Virus record (IMG/VR): IMGVR_UViG_3300026518_000001
Span: 1 to 61,649 of that record
Length of the DNA stretch: 61,649 nucleotides
Direction: 5' to 3' (one strand)
DNA from: a virus
Lineage: Duplodnaviria > Caudoviricetes
A model generated the notes under the pieces. It did not search any database. It was not told the origin of the DNA and saw only the letters and a list, made by a program, of their open reading frames with translations. The position numbers and the translations under genes were made by a program. This document shows positions 28,625 to 38,537 of this stretch, one piece after another. The stretch's first letter is position 1. Each line of letters starts with the position of its first letter.

Positions 28625-28984
28625 ATGCAAAATAATATTGATAGTAATATTATATTACAAATATTACAAGCTATAAAAGATATTCTTATAGGTTTATTTG
28701 GCGGTGTAGTAGGATATTTAATTAAATATAAAAGTATGAAAGAAAAAGATCCAACGCATCTATTTTCATTTAGTATGTTATTTATTAATATAATAATAGG
28801 TGGTTTTACAGCATACACATTTGGATCAGTGATAAATATAGATTATAAATATAGAGATTTTATATTAGGAGCTGTTGGAGTAGCTAGTTATCCAATAATG
28901 TTGTTTATAGAAAGTAAAGCACTAACACTAATATTATTAAAAATATCTAAAATGTTTAATATAGATATGAAGGATTTAAAATGA
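28625..28984 (+). CDS. holin (LydA-like)
   Basis: Three hydrophobic segments (GLFGGVVGYL..) upstream of the lysozyme gene. Confidence 0.7.
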   Translation: MQNNIDSNIILQILQAIKDILIGLFGGVVGYLIKYKSMKEKDPTHLFSFSMLFINIIIGGFTAYTFGSVINIDYKYRDFILGAVGVASYPIMLFIESKALTLILLKISKMFNIDMKDLK

Positions 28985-29118
28985 ATAAGTTCCAATTAAA
29001 ATGGATTAAAAGTAAGTATTTTTATAATGTATCAAAATGATATGTTGAATATATTAAAAAAATATATAAATAAATATGGTTATATTAAAACATTTAATAA
29101 ATATAAAAAAGGAAAAAT

Positions 29119-29523
29119 ATGCTGAAATTAATAGAACAAATAAAACAAGATGAAGGATTTAGAGGAATGCCTTATAAAGATCCAAAAGGTAATCTTACAA
29201 TCGGCTTTGGTACTTTATTACCAATTACTAAACAAGAAGCTGAATACTTATTAGTTAATAGACTAACTGTTATTATTAATGAAATGAAACAAAAATGTTT
29301 AGTGTATGATAAATTACCACAACAAGCGAAAGAAGTATTAAACAATATGGCTTACAATTTAGGTGTTCCTAAGTTATGTGGATTTAAGAAGATGTGGAGA
29401 GCATTAGAAGATGGTAATTATCAAGCAGCAGCAGCAGAAATGTTAGATAGTAAATGGGCAATAGAAGTAAAAGATAGAGCTATTAAATTAGCTAATCAAA
29501 TGAAAAATATAAAAGGAGATTAA
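29119..29523 (+). CDS. endolysin, GH24 lysozyme
   Basis: DEGFRGMPYKD..TIGFG, NMAYNLG and AAAEMLDSKWA..RA motifs. Confidence 0.9.
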   Translation: MLKLIEQIKQDEGFRGMPYKDPKGNLTIGFGTLLPITKQEAEYLLVNRLTVIINEMKQKCLVYDKLPQQAKEVLNNMAYNLGVPKLCGFKKMWRALEDGNYQAAAAEMLDSKWAIEVKDRAIKLANQMKNIKGD

Positions 29524-29525
29524 TA

Positions 29526-30407
29526 ATGCTTATATCAAGATACGAACCATGTGTAATTGGACTAATAGATAAGATCATATCTTTTGGATCTTTTGAGAAA
29601 GATGGTAGTTATCCATATGTATATAATAATAGTCAAAATACTATTGTATTACAAGATTTAGATGATCAATTATTAGGTGTAACTAATAATATAATAGATA
29701 ATTATAAAACATTATCATATAAAGATAATAAATCATATATACCTATTTTGAATCAACAAATAAAATATGAAGTATTGGATCAGATATCTAAGAATAATAA
29801 TTGTAGAATAACATTATTAACTGTTGTAGAGTTTTATAAACAAATATTACCTAATGTTGATAGTAATGGTATTTTAATGTTAGGATTTAGATATGATACT
29901 GAAAAAGATTCAAGTGGTAATATTACTAAATATAAAACTATTGGTATTAGAGGTAAATTTGGATTAAATAACAATATATATGGTATTAGTTTATGGGCAG
30001 AAGCATTACAATATGATGTAAGTGATATTAATAATATAACTATTACTTCATTAAATAAAAGTAATGTAGTATTTTATGAATATGATTATAAAGTAAATAA
30101 TTATACTATTAACATGAATTTTAATTATGATTCTACAAATAATGAATTAGATTGTTATATTGGATCAGTAGAAAAAGATATTAATGGTAATAAATATATT
30201 GATAATACATTTACTATTAATTGTGATGATAATAATGCTTCATTTGATCCAAGTAAGATAGAAGAATGTATTACTACTGGAGATAGAAATAAACAGACAT
30301 CATTTAGTTATTTTCATATAAAAACATTTAATGATGTATTAACTGATAGTGAAGCAGAAAATCAAAGTAAAATATTAGTAACAGTTGAAGGAGTTAAGTA
30401 TGTATGA
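29526..30407 (+). CDS. putative virion protein, beta-rich (LamG-like end)
   Basis: Lies in the structural operon; IKTFNDVLTDSE at the C-terminus. Confidence 0.45.
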   Translation: MLISRYEPCVIGLIDKIISFGSFEKDGSYPYVYNNSQNTIVLQDLDDQLLGVTNNIIDNYKTLSYKDNKSYIPILNQQIKYEVLDQISKNNNCRITLLTVVEFYKQILPNVDSNGILMLGFRYDTEKDSSGNITKYKTIGIRGKFGLNNNIYGISLWAEALQYDVSDINNITITSLNKSNVVFYEYDYKVNNYTINMNFNYDSTNNELDCYIGSVEKDINGNKYIDNTFTINCDDNNASFDPSKIEECITTGDRNKQTSFSYFHIKTFNDVLTDSEAENQSKILVTVEGVKYV

Positions 30408-30945
30408 TACAGAACAAATAAGTGAAGTATTTGATGTTCTAGTTAATAAAATAAAACAAGAACTTGATGATCAATATACAAGAGGTAGATTAAAGGGTAC
30501 TGACTATGCAAATGTATATAGTAACTTAATGAATACTGCATTACAGTTAGCTAACCAATCTCCAATTAATGAATCACAAGTAAATAAAAACAATGAAGAT
30601 ATATTATTAATAAAAAAACAAGAAGAATTAACTAATTCTCAAACATTAAAAACTGATAGTGAACGAAATATTGATGAAGAACAATCTAATAAAAATTTAG
30701 TTATTAAAGATGAACAGGCTAATAATTTAAGAAAAGATACTGAAGTTAAAGATGCTCAAATAAAGTTTACAGAAAGACAAACTAAAGGTTTTGATGATAA
30801 TATTAAAATTAAATTATTCTCAGCTCAATTAGGTACTTGGGGTACTATGTTTAGTGCTGGAGCATTATCAGAAAAACCTAAGATTATTAGCGATGATGAA
30901 ACATCTAGATTATATGATTCATTTAAAAGTGAGTTAAGTATATAA
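30385..30945 (+). CDS. N4 gp54-like virion protein
   Basis: VFDVL..QYTRGRLKGTDYANVY..ALQLA; the true start is probably the ATG at 30403. Confidence 0.65.
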   Translation: MKELSMYDTEQISEVFDVLVNKIKQELDDQYTRGRLKGTDYANVYSNLMNTALQLANQSPINESQVNKNNEDILLIKKQEELTNSQTLKTDSERNIDEEQSNKNLVIKDEQANNLRKDTEVKDAQIKFTERQTKGFDDNIKIKLFSAQLGTWGTMFSAGALSEKPKIISDDETSRLYDSFKSELSI

Positions 30946-30946
30946 T

Positions 30947-32539
30947 ATGGGTTGGTTACATAATAGTTGGCATAAAATAGAACATAGTGCTACTAATGTA
31001 TTTAAAGATGCAAAAGCTAATGTTGATATTACAGTAGATATACTTAAAGATCCAAAACATAATCTAACGATAAAAAATATAACTAAACTTATTGATAATG
31101 GTGATCATATGCTATTAGATGCTATTGGTATGGGTAGTTTATTTGATGGTCAAAATAAAACATTTAAAAAAGGTTTGTTTACTCAAATAGGTCAATTAGA
31201 TAAAAATAAACAAATAAAACAATTTATTAGTGGTATGTTGCAAGGTGTAACTTCATATGATTATGAAGGTATCTTGTATAATATGAACCAAATGGTTATA
31301 AATAAAGGTAAATTAACTAATTTAAAGATGTACGATAATAAAGGTTTTGCTGTAAAGAATAATAAACCTTATATCGTAAATGATTATTTAGTTAAAAGTT
31401 ACTTTATATACAGATACAGATACTCTTCTTTGGATCTAAAATCATATGAAATAACTGATAAATACTTAAATGCTAGAATAACATCTGATCAATATTGTGG
31501 AGATATACAAGTTAAAAGAGAATATTTTGATGAGTTTATAAATGAATTAGAATTTATGATGTTACCTATTTATCATAATTATAAACCATTATCTAAGAAA
31601 GAAATTATGTTGGGTCTAACTAATAATGGCTTAACTTATAATAGTTTTATTAAATCATTAAAGAAAAATGATAATAATAATAAAGCTAACTTCAAAGATA
31701 TATTTTTAACATATTCAACTAAATATAGTGATCCAAAGTATAAAGATATAATAGAATATATTTATGGTACAGAAAATAATACAAAAGAAGTTATATTAAG
31801 TAATAAATACTATACATTACATTATTGGTGGGATTGTATTACTACTACAGATAGTAATAATAATACTACTACGACTTGTACAAGAAAAGCTACATTAAAT
31901 GGAGAAGGTATAGATGTTAGTAGTGATATATATATATTACCTATTAACTTAGGTAAATATCTTACCTTAAAAGATTTTATATCTTTAAAGAACCAAATGC
32001 AAACATTAGGAATGTATGTTACTGAAACAAAACATTTACATTGGTATCAAACAGATGATATGAAAACTATAAATATAGTAATTACTACAGTTATAGTTGT
32101 TGCTGCAATAGTAACAGGTAACTTTGAATTACTTTATATAATGGCTGGTACAATGGCAGCTAATTATGTTATAGATCAATTAAATATAAGTCCACAAGCT
32201 AAAGCAATATTACATACAATAGTAGCTATAGTTGCTATAGTAATTGGAGTTGAAATGGTTCAACCAACAGGTGTTCCATTAAATTCTGTACAAATATCTA
32301 CAATGAGTATACAAATAACCAATGCTTCTTTTAAATTATATGAAACATTTGAACAGATAGATTATAATCATAAAGATAGAAAATTAGAAGAAGAAAGAAA
32401 ATCATATGAAGATAAATTAAAAGAATTACAAAATAGTTCTTTTGATTATGATTTCTTTGCTGAATTAGATTCTGTAAATGAATATACATATAGTTTAGCT
32501 TATGACTCAATATATGATTACGATAGAATATATGATTAA
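30947..32539 (+). CDS. N4 gp53-like virion protein with C-terminal TM helices
   Basis: KHLHWYQT followed by hydrophobic helices and a coiled coil. Confidence 0.6.
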   Translation: MGWLHNSWHKIEHSATNVFKDAKANVDITVDILKDPKHNLTIKNITKLIDNGDHMLLDAIGMGSLFDGQNKTFKKGLFTQIGQLDKNKQIKQFISGMLQGVTSYDYEGILYNMNQMVINKGKLTNLKMYDNKGFAVKNNKPYIVNDYLVKSYFIYRYRYSSLDLKSYEITDKYLNARITSDQYCGDIQVKREYFDEFINELEFMMLPIYHNYKPLSKKEIMLGLTNNGLTYNSFIKSLKKNDNNNKANFKDIFLTYSTKYSDPKYKDIIEYIYGTENNTKEVILSNKYYTLHYWWDCITTTDSNNNTTTTCTRKATLNGEGIDVSSDIYILPINLGKYLTLKDFISLKNQMQTLGMYVTETKHLHWYQTDDMKTINIVITTVIVVAAIVTGNFELLYIMAGTMAANYVIDQLNISPQAKAILHTIVAIVAIVIGVEMVQPTGVPLNSVQISTMSIQITNASFKLYETFEQIDYNHKDRKLEEERKSYEDKLKELQNSSFDYDFFAELDSVNEYTYSLAYDSIYDYDRIYD

Positions 32540-32550
32540 AAAGGATTAAT

Positions 32551-34554
32551 ATGAATGAACAACAAATATTAAGTGAATTACAGAAAGATTATGATAATGC
32601 TAAGATTATAAAACAAGAAAATGATGAATATATAAATAAAATGAGAAATGTATATGAAGGTAGATTAGATGCTCCTGAATATGGTTCATCATTTGTAGAT
32701 AGACAAGCATTTAAACAAGTAGAATGGTTTGTATCTCAAACTAAGAATCCATTTATATCTAATGATTCTATTGTTAGATTAACTTCTTTGGACCAACAAC
32801 AAGAAATGTTTACGATCCAATCTGAGAAACTATTAAATCATATGTTTGTTAAGAAGTTTGATAGATATAACTTTGTAACTGATCTATTAAAAGTATTAGC
32901 TATTGAAGGTACAGTTATTGTTAGAACTGGTTGGGAATATGTTGGATCAGAAAAAGAAATAGATCAACCTATTGTTCAACAAGATCCAAATACTGCACAA
33001 CCAGTACAAGTTGGTTCTGTAAAAGTAACAAAAGAAATACCTGTTATAAATAGACCTACTGCAACTATAGTTAAGAATGAAGATATTTATATCGATCCAA
33101 CAGCTTATGATGTAAAAGATATACAATTTATTATTCATAGAAGAGAAGTTAGATTAAGTGATTTAGAAGAATCTGGATTATATAAGAATTTAGATAAAGT
33201 TAAAAATGAATCAGTTGATTCATTATCTAATGCTGGTGATAGTAATAGTGTATCAGATTATAGTAGACAAACTAATACTGATCTAAATATTAACTTAGAT
33301 GATGAACCAAGAAAGAAATACTATATGTATGAATATTGGGGTAATTATGATCTAAATGATGATGGTATAGCTGAACCAATTGTTTGTTGTTGGATAAATG
33401 ATGTAATTGTTAGATTAGAAGATAATCCTTATCCTGATGGAAAGATACCATATATTATAGGTAACTATAGTAGAGAACCTTATAGTATATATGGTAAATC
33501 ATTAGTTGATTTAATAGAAGATCAACAAAGATTAAAGACAGGTATTATTAGAGGTATATTAGATGATATAGCTCAATCTAATAGTAGACAAATAGGAATA
33601 CAAAAAGGTAATCTTGATCCAGTAAATCTAAGAAAATTTTATAATGGAGAACCATTTGAATTTAATTTAAGTCCTAATGCATTTTATAAAGGTCAATACA
33701 ATAGAATACCTGGCGAAGTATTTAATATGTTGCAAATAGTAGAACAAGATATACAAGTAACTAGTGGAGTAATACCATTTCAAGGTGGACAAGGAAGTCA
33801 ATCAATATATGGTAGTCAAGCAGGTAAAGCTGGTCAAATGAATAGTATGGCTTTAAGAGAGTTGGATCAAGTAACTAATATAGCTGATAATATTATTAAA
33901 CCTATTATGAGAAAATGGCTGATGTATTGTTACGAGTTGTTGGATCCAAAAGAAATAGAGTTTATAACTAAGATACCTTATATTAAACCAGATGATTTAT
34001 TTGATGTTGAATATTATACTGACTTTACTATTGATATTAGTACTCAACATACAGATGAAGTTAAAGCTAGTGAGTTAGCATTCTTATTACAAACATTAGG
34101 TAACAATATGCCAATTGAAATGACTAAATTATTAATGAGTAAGATTGCTGATCTTAAACAAATGCCTGATTTGGCTCAAAGTGTTAGAGAATATAAACCT
34201 CAACCTGATCCAATGCAACAACAAATGCAACAATTACAATTACAAAAAGCTCAATTAGATTTACAAACAGAACAAATGAAAGCTCAAAGTGAAGCTCAAT
34301 ATAAACAAGCTAAATCTAAAGAAGCTGAATCAAAAGCTCAATTAATGGGATTAGATGGATTAGCTAAACAATATGGTACACAAGAAGCTCAGAAGATGAG
34401 AGAGATACAAGCACAGAACCAAGCTAAGTTGGATCAAATAAGAGAACAACAAAGATTAAAACAACAATCACAATTACCAAGTGATTATGGAATTAACGGT
34501 GAAACGATGAAACAAGAACCAATGCAAAATCCAAATAATGTAACGGTTATTTGA
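32551..34554 (+). CDS. portal protein (N4 gp59-like)
   Basis: EGTVIVRTGW, IYIDPT, YEYWGNYD..DGIAEPIV, ENPYPDG-like motif, KASELAFLLQTLG, Q-rich tail. Confidence 0.92.
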   Translation: MNEQQILSELQKDYDNAKIIKQENDEYINKMRNVYEGRLDAPEYGSSFVDRQAFKQVEWFVSQTKNPFISNDSIVRLTSLDQQQEMFTIQSEKLLNHMFVKKFDRYNFVTDLLKVLAIEGTVIVRTGWEYVGSEKEIDQPIVQQDPNTAQPVQVGSVKVTKEIPVINRPTATIVKNEDIYIDPTAYDVKDIQFIIHRREVRLSDLEESGLYKNLDKVKNESVDSLSNAGDSNSVSDYSRQTNTDLNINLDDEPRKKYYMYEYWGNYDLNDDGIAEPIVCCWINDVIVRLEDNPYPDGKIPYIIGNYSREPYSIYGKSLVDLIEDQQRLKTGIIRGILDDIAQSNSRQIGIQKGNLDPVNLRKFYNGEPFEFNLSPNAFYKGQYNRIPGEVFNMLQIVEQDIQVTSGVIPFQGGQGSQSIYGSQAGKAGQMNSMALRELDQVTNIADNIIKPIMRKWLMYCYELLDPKEIEFITKIPYIKPDDLFDVEYYTDFTIDISTQHTDEVKASELAFLLQTLGNNMPIEMTKLLMSKIADLKQMPDLAQSVREYKPQPDPMQQQMQQLQLQKAQLDLQTEQMKAQSEAQYKQAKSKEAESKAQLMGLDGLAKQYGTQEAQKMREIQAQNQAKLDQIREQQRLKQQSQLPSDYGINGETMKQEPMQNPNNVTVI

Positions 34555-34579
34555 CATACAATTTATATTTAAGTAGAAT
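34551..34579 (+). promoter_or_regulatory. host sigma70-type late promoter
   Basis: TTGACA-N17-TAGAAT. Confidence 0.75.
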
Positions 34580-34613
34580 TTAAGCTAATTTTAAAATACA
34601 CAAAGGAGATAAG

Positions 34614-34937
34614 ATGAACGGAAATATTGATTTAAACAAATTCGTTAATGGATATAGCGATGAAGAAGAGGTTATGGAAGCAAGAGAACAAGCAAAAGAA
34701 TTACATGAATCAGTTGTAAGATTAATGAATAATGATGATTTTTTAAGAATCTATGAACATTATACAGTTCAAACTGTTTTAGAAGATGCAAGTAAAGCTA
34801 GTTATGCTGCTGAACATAGACCAGTATTATTTGAAAGTATCTTAAATAGAAAAGCATTTGAAGCTTATATTAAAGAACTATTAAGTATTAAACCAGAAGA
34901 TTTAGTTGATGATGATCTTAATGGATTTGAAGGTTGA
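34614..34937 (+). CDS. N4 gp58-like protein
   Basis: RLMNNDDF motif; position after the portal gene. Confidence 0.6.
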   Translation: MNGNIDLNKFVNGYSDEEEVMEAREQAKELHESVVRLMNNDDFLRIYEHYTVQTVLEDASKASYAAEHRPVLFESILNRKAFEAYIKELLSIKPEDLVDDDLNGFEG

Positions 34938-34941
34938 TTAA

Positions 34942-35967
34942 ATGGATTTAGATAAATTAGAAGAACTAGATACAACTGAATTAGATAACTCACCTGATTT
35001 AGATGATCTAGTATATGAAGATCCAAATAGAGATAATGAATCAGAAGAAGACGATACTAACGCTTCTTTGGATCAAGATGAAGAGGAAGATAATGACTAC
35101 GAACAATCTAATGGAGATAATAGTGATAATAATGATGTGGATAACATTTCTAATAAACTTGAAATAGAAGAAACAACTGATGTTGATACAGAACCAAATG
35201 ATAATAGTAAGATACTAATTGATTTTGGTGATGGTCAAATAGAAGCTAATAATATAGATGAACTTAAAACTATTGCTAGTAAAGCTTTAAAAGACAAAAC
35301 TAGATATGATAGAAACAAAGAACAATTAGCTGTATTAGAAGGTGTTAAAGAACAAGGTTTATCAGAACAAGATTTATATCTATTAGTAGAAGCTAAAAAA
35401 GGTAACAAACAAGCATTAGCTAAATTACTTAAAGAAGCTAATGTTGATCCTTATGAGTTGGATCCTGAAGAATTAGATGTAGATGGTTATAAACCAAATG
35501 AATATAAAGCTGATCCAAAGATAGTAGAAGTTAAAAGTATTATTGATGATGTTAAACAAAATGAAACAGCATTTAAAACATTTAACTATATGCTTAATAA
35601 TGAGTTCAATGAATCAGATAGAGCTAAAGCATTTGAAGATCCAAACCTGCTATCATTCTTAGGTGAAACTATTAAATCAGGTATATTTGATAAGATAGCT
35701 CCTAACTATACTAAGAGAAAGATAATGGGAGAAAATCCTATTAGTGCTTATATTGATGCTTATGATGATTATATGAAAGAAATAAACAATACTAAACAAG
35801 AAACAATTAGTAAAGCTAAACAAGAAAATCAAGAGAAAGTAACTAAAAGAAAGAAAGCTAGTGAAGGTACTAAGAAAAGTAGATCAAATAAAGCTAAGAA
35901 ATCAGTTGAAGATATGTCTGATGCTGAATTTGAGAAATACTATAAATCTATTGTAGGAGACTTTTAA
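34942..35967 (+). CDS. scaffold-like protein (N4 gp57-like)
   Basis: Acidic N-terminus, KKGNKQALAKLLKEANVDP, and C-terminal MSDAEFEK. Confidence 0.75.
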   Translation: MDLDKLEELDTTELDNSPDLDDLVYEDPNRDNESEEDDTNASLDQDEEEDNDYEQSNGDNSDNNDVDNISNKLEIEETTDVDTEPNDNSKILIDFGDGQIEANNIDELKTIASKALKDKTRYDRNKEQLAVLEGVKEQGLSEQDLYLLVEAKKGNKQALAKLLKEANVDPYELDPEELDVDGYKPNEYKADPKIVEVKSIIDDVKQNETAFKTFNYMLNNEFNESDRAKAFEDPNLLSFLGETIKSGIFDKIAPNYTKRKIMGENPISAYIDAYDDYMKEINNTKQETISKAKQENQEKVTKRKKASEGTKKSRSNKAKKSVEDMSDAEFEKYYKSIVGDF

Positions 35968-35980
35968 TCTCTCCTTCTTT
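35955..35980 (+). terminator. possible intrinsic terminator or attenuator
   Basis: AGGAGA-N9-TCTCCT followed by TCTTT. Confidence 0.4.
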
Positions 35981-36089
35981 GGATCTTATATTAGGTTTAT
36001 ATATGAGCATTATTAAATGTTCAGATCTAAACTTAATTAAAACTTAAGTTTAAATTAATTTAATCTTAAACAATATAAAGGATAAGAAA

Positions 36090-37316
36090 ATGTCAATTTA
36101 TGTATATAACAATGGTAACTCTACTGAAGGTACTCAGGTACAAAACTTCTATAGTAGAATTGCTAGAAGAACAATTGATCAAACTTTCAACTTTGCTAAG
36201 TTTGCTAATGCTAAAGATATGATGAACCAAAATAGTGGTGATACTTTTAAAACAAGTGCTTATTACTGGTCAATCTATAGAGATGTAGTAGATAGTAGTG
36301 GTAACTATACAGGTGTTAAAGGTGGTTATATCGCTGAAAGAGATATGGCTAAGATCCAAGACAACTTAAATAAAATGCAATTAACTTCTGAAGGTACAGT
36401 AAATAAAAATGATATCTATGCTTTAGGTACATTTAGAAAAGTTACATTTACAACTCAAATGAAAAAATTTGCTGGATTAGTAGAACTTACTGAAGATATT
36501 GAAAAATATTCAGAAGATAGTATTAGAGCATTAACAGTTGAAGATGTTACATTACAAATGAATGATGCTTATAATTCATTAATGATGAATGACTTACAAA
36601 ACAGTTCATTTAAAGTTTATGGTGGTGATGCTACATCAAGAGATGAACTTGGTGGAACAGATGATACTACTTCAAGAACTTATGAAATGACTGAAGCATT
36701 AACTGTTCAATTATTTAGTGCATTAGTACAAAATAAAGCTAAACCAATGAGTAAAATTATTAGTGGTCAAAATAGAATTGGTACTACTCCAATCCCTGAA
36801 TCATTCTATGTAATTGTTGGTGCAGATATTTATGGTGCATTAATTAATAAAGACTTATATCCTAACTTTGTATCAGTTGATGAATATGCTGATCCAAGTG
36901 TAAGACTTAAAATGGATGGTATTGAAGAAATTGGTAAACTTGGTAGATTTAGAATCTGTTATGCAGAAACTATGACAAGTTATCCTCATCAAGGTCATAA
37001 AGTTGGAGACGGTTCAGCTCCATCACAATATTGTTACTCTTCATTGGATCCAAATGATACAGATAGTGCTGGTAATGAAAAATATCATTATGATGCTTAT
37101 CCTGCTATTGTTATGGCTAAAGATGCTATTAGTACTGTTGGTCTTCAAGGTAATACAAAACATATTATTTATACAAGATGGCCAGATGTAATTGATAATG
37201 GTAACCCAATTGGTGAAAGAGGTTATGTAGCATTTAAATTCAGATATGCTTCAGTAATTACTAGACCAGAACAATTAGCTGTAATGGAAATTACTTGTCC
37301 AATCCCTAACGCTTAA
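36090..37316 (+). CDS. major capsid protein (N4 gp56-like)
   Basis: KIISGQNRIGT, FVSVDEYAD, EIGKLGRFR and NPIGERGY..RPEQLA motifs. Confidence 0.92.
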   Translation: MSIYVYNNGNSTEGTQVQNFYSRIARRTIDQTFNFAKFANAKDMMNQNSGDTFKTSAYYWSIYRDVVDSSGNYTGVKGGYIAERDMAKIQDNLNKMQLTSEGTVNKNDIYALGTFRKVTFTTQMKKFAGLVELTEDIEKYSEDSIRALTVEDVTLQMNDAYNSLMMNDLQNSSFKVYGGDATSRDELGGTDDTTSRTYEMTEALTVQLFSALVQNKAKPMSKIISGQNRIGTTPIPESFYVIVGADIYGALINKDLYPNFVSVDEYADPSVRLKMDGIEEIGKLGRFRICYAETMTSYPHQGHKVGDGSAPSQYCYSSLDPNDTDSAGNEKYHYDAYPAIVMAKDAISTVGLQGNTKHIIYTRWPDVIDNGNPIGERGYVAFKFRYASVITRPEQLAVMEITCPIPNA

Positions 37317-37321
37317 TAATT

Positions 37322-37348
37322 AGATCCAACTTTGGATCTTTTTATTTT
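37322..37348 (+). terminator. intrinsic terminator built from two inverted GATCCAA motifs
   Basis: AGATCCA-ACTT-TGGATCT followed by a T-run, right after the capsid stop codon. Confidence 0.75.
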
Positions 37349-37405
37349 ACTTATGTCTAATTTAATAATTAGATCTAATTAAAATAAATCACAAAGGAAA
37401 TTAAG

Positions 37406-37837
37406 ATGATAAATTATGAAGAATTAACAATTCAAGAATTAAAGAAACTAGCTAAAGATAAAAATATAGATTTAGATAGAAAAGATACTAAAGCTATTAT
37501 TATTGAGAAAATAAAAGAAAAAAATACTAATGAAGTTAAAAGAGTAACTAAATTAGAAAGTGTAAGAAAAAGAATGATGGATAAAAGAAAAGTAATTGTT
37601 ACTAAACTTAATCCAGAAGATACTGTTAGAGATAGTATTTTAGTTACTATACTTAATGCTACTGGTACTTATTCAGCTGCTGTACCATTTAATGTAGAAG
37701 TTATGTTACCAGAACCAATCATTAAGAATCTTAAAAATATGAAATATCAAGGTTGGGAAAAAAGAAGAATTGCTGGTGTAGGTCAAATGGATGCACCAGT
37801 AACATTACCAGCTTATAATGTACAAGAGTTATCTTAA
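37406..37837 (+). CDS. N4 gp55-like protein with an N-terminal HeH/Rho-N-like domain
   Basis: LTIQELKKLAKDKNI..KAIIIEKI; VIVTKLNP..VPFN. Confidence 0.7.
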   Translation: MINYEELTIQELKKLAKDKNIDLDRKDTKAIIIEKIKEKNTNEVKRVTKLESVRKRMMDKRKVIVTKLNPEDTVRDSILVTILNATGTYSAAVPFNVEVMLPEPIIKNLKNMKYQGWEKRRIAGVGQMDAPVTLPAYNVQELS

Positions 37838-37930
37838 CTCTTACTTTTCTCTATACTGATCCAACTCCTACTAAATTACTTTTTATGATATTATTAGATT
37901 CAATATAAATAAACTATAAAGGATTTAATA

Positions 37931-38536
37931 ATGAATGAAGATCAATTACAACTAATGTATGGTAATCAACCACAAGTACAAGGATATTATACTGATAATA
38001 ATGGAGTACAACAAGTATATGTTAGATCTCCTGAACAAGTACAACAAGATATGAATTACTGGAATATGACACATAAAACTAGTGATGTTAGTGCTGGAGC
38101 ATTACCTAACAATACTAATACAAATACTTCTGTTGGATCAACAAATAATTCATTATCTAATGGTATGACACAAGCATATAAACCATATACTCAAACAGTT
38201 GATGATTATAAACTTAACTATTTAGGTATGAGTTATGATGAAGCTTTAAATAAAGCAAAAGAATTAGGCATTGATCCAAAACAATTAATGAAAGGTCCTA
38301 ATGGACAAGCTATACTTAAAAATGAAAGAAGTTTCACTGATAAATATGGACAAGATATTGGATTAGGATTAGGAGTAGCTCAATTAGGATTAGGTATTGG
38401 ATCATTCTTAGAAAATAGAGCTACAATGAAAAAACAAAGAGCATTACTTAGTGAACAATTAAGAGAATCAAAAAGTGAATTTGATAGAGTTAATAAATTA
38501 AGAAGTAAATTATCTGCAGAATATAAAGGACAATAA
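37931..38536 (+). CDS. ejection protein (N4 gp52-like)
   Basis: Gly-rich hydrophobic helix followed by a coiled coil; no Cys. Confidence 0.6.
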   Translation: MNEDQLQLMYGNQPQVQGYYTDNNGVQQVYVRSPEQVQQDMNYWNMTHKTSDVSAGALPNNTNTNTSVGSTNNSLSNGMTQAYKPYTQTVDDYKLNYLGMSYDEALNKAKELGIDPKQLMKGPNGQAILKNERSFTDKYGQDIGLGLGVAQLGLGIGSFLENRATMKKQRALLSEQLRESKSEFDRVNKLRSKLSAEYKGQ

Positions 38537-38537
38537 T

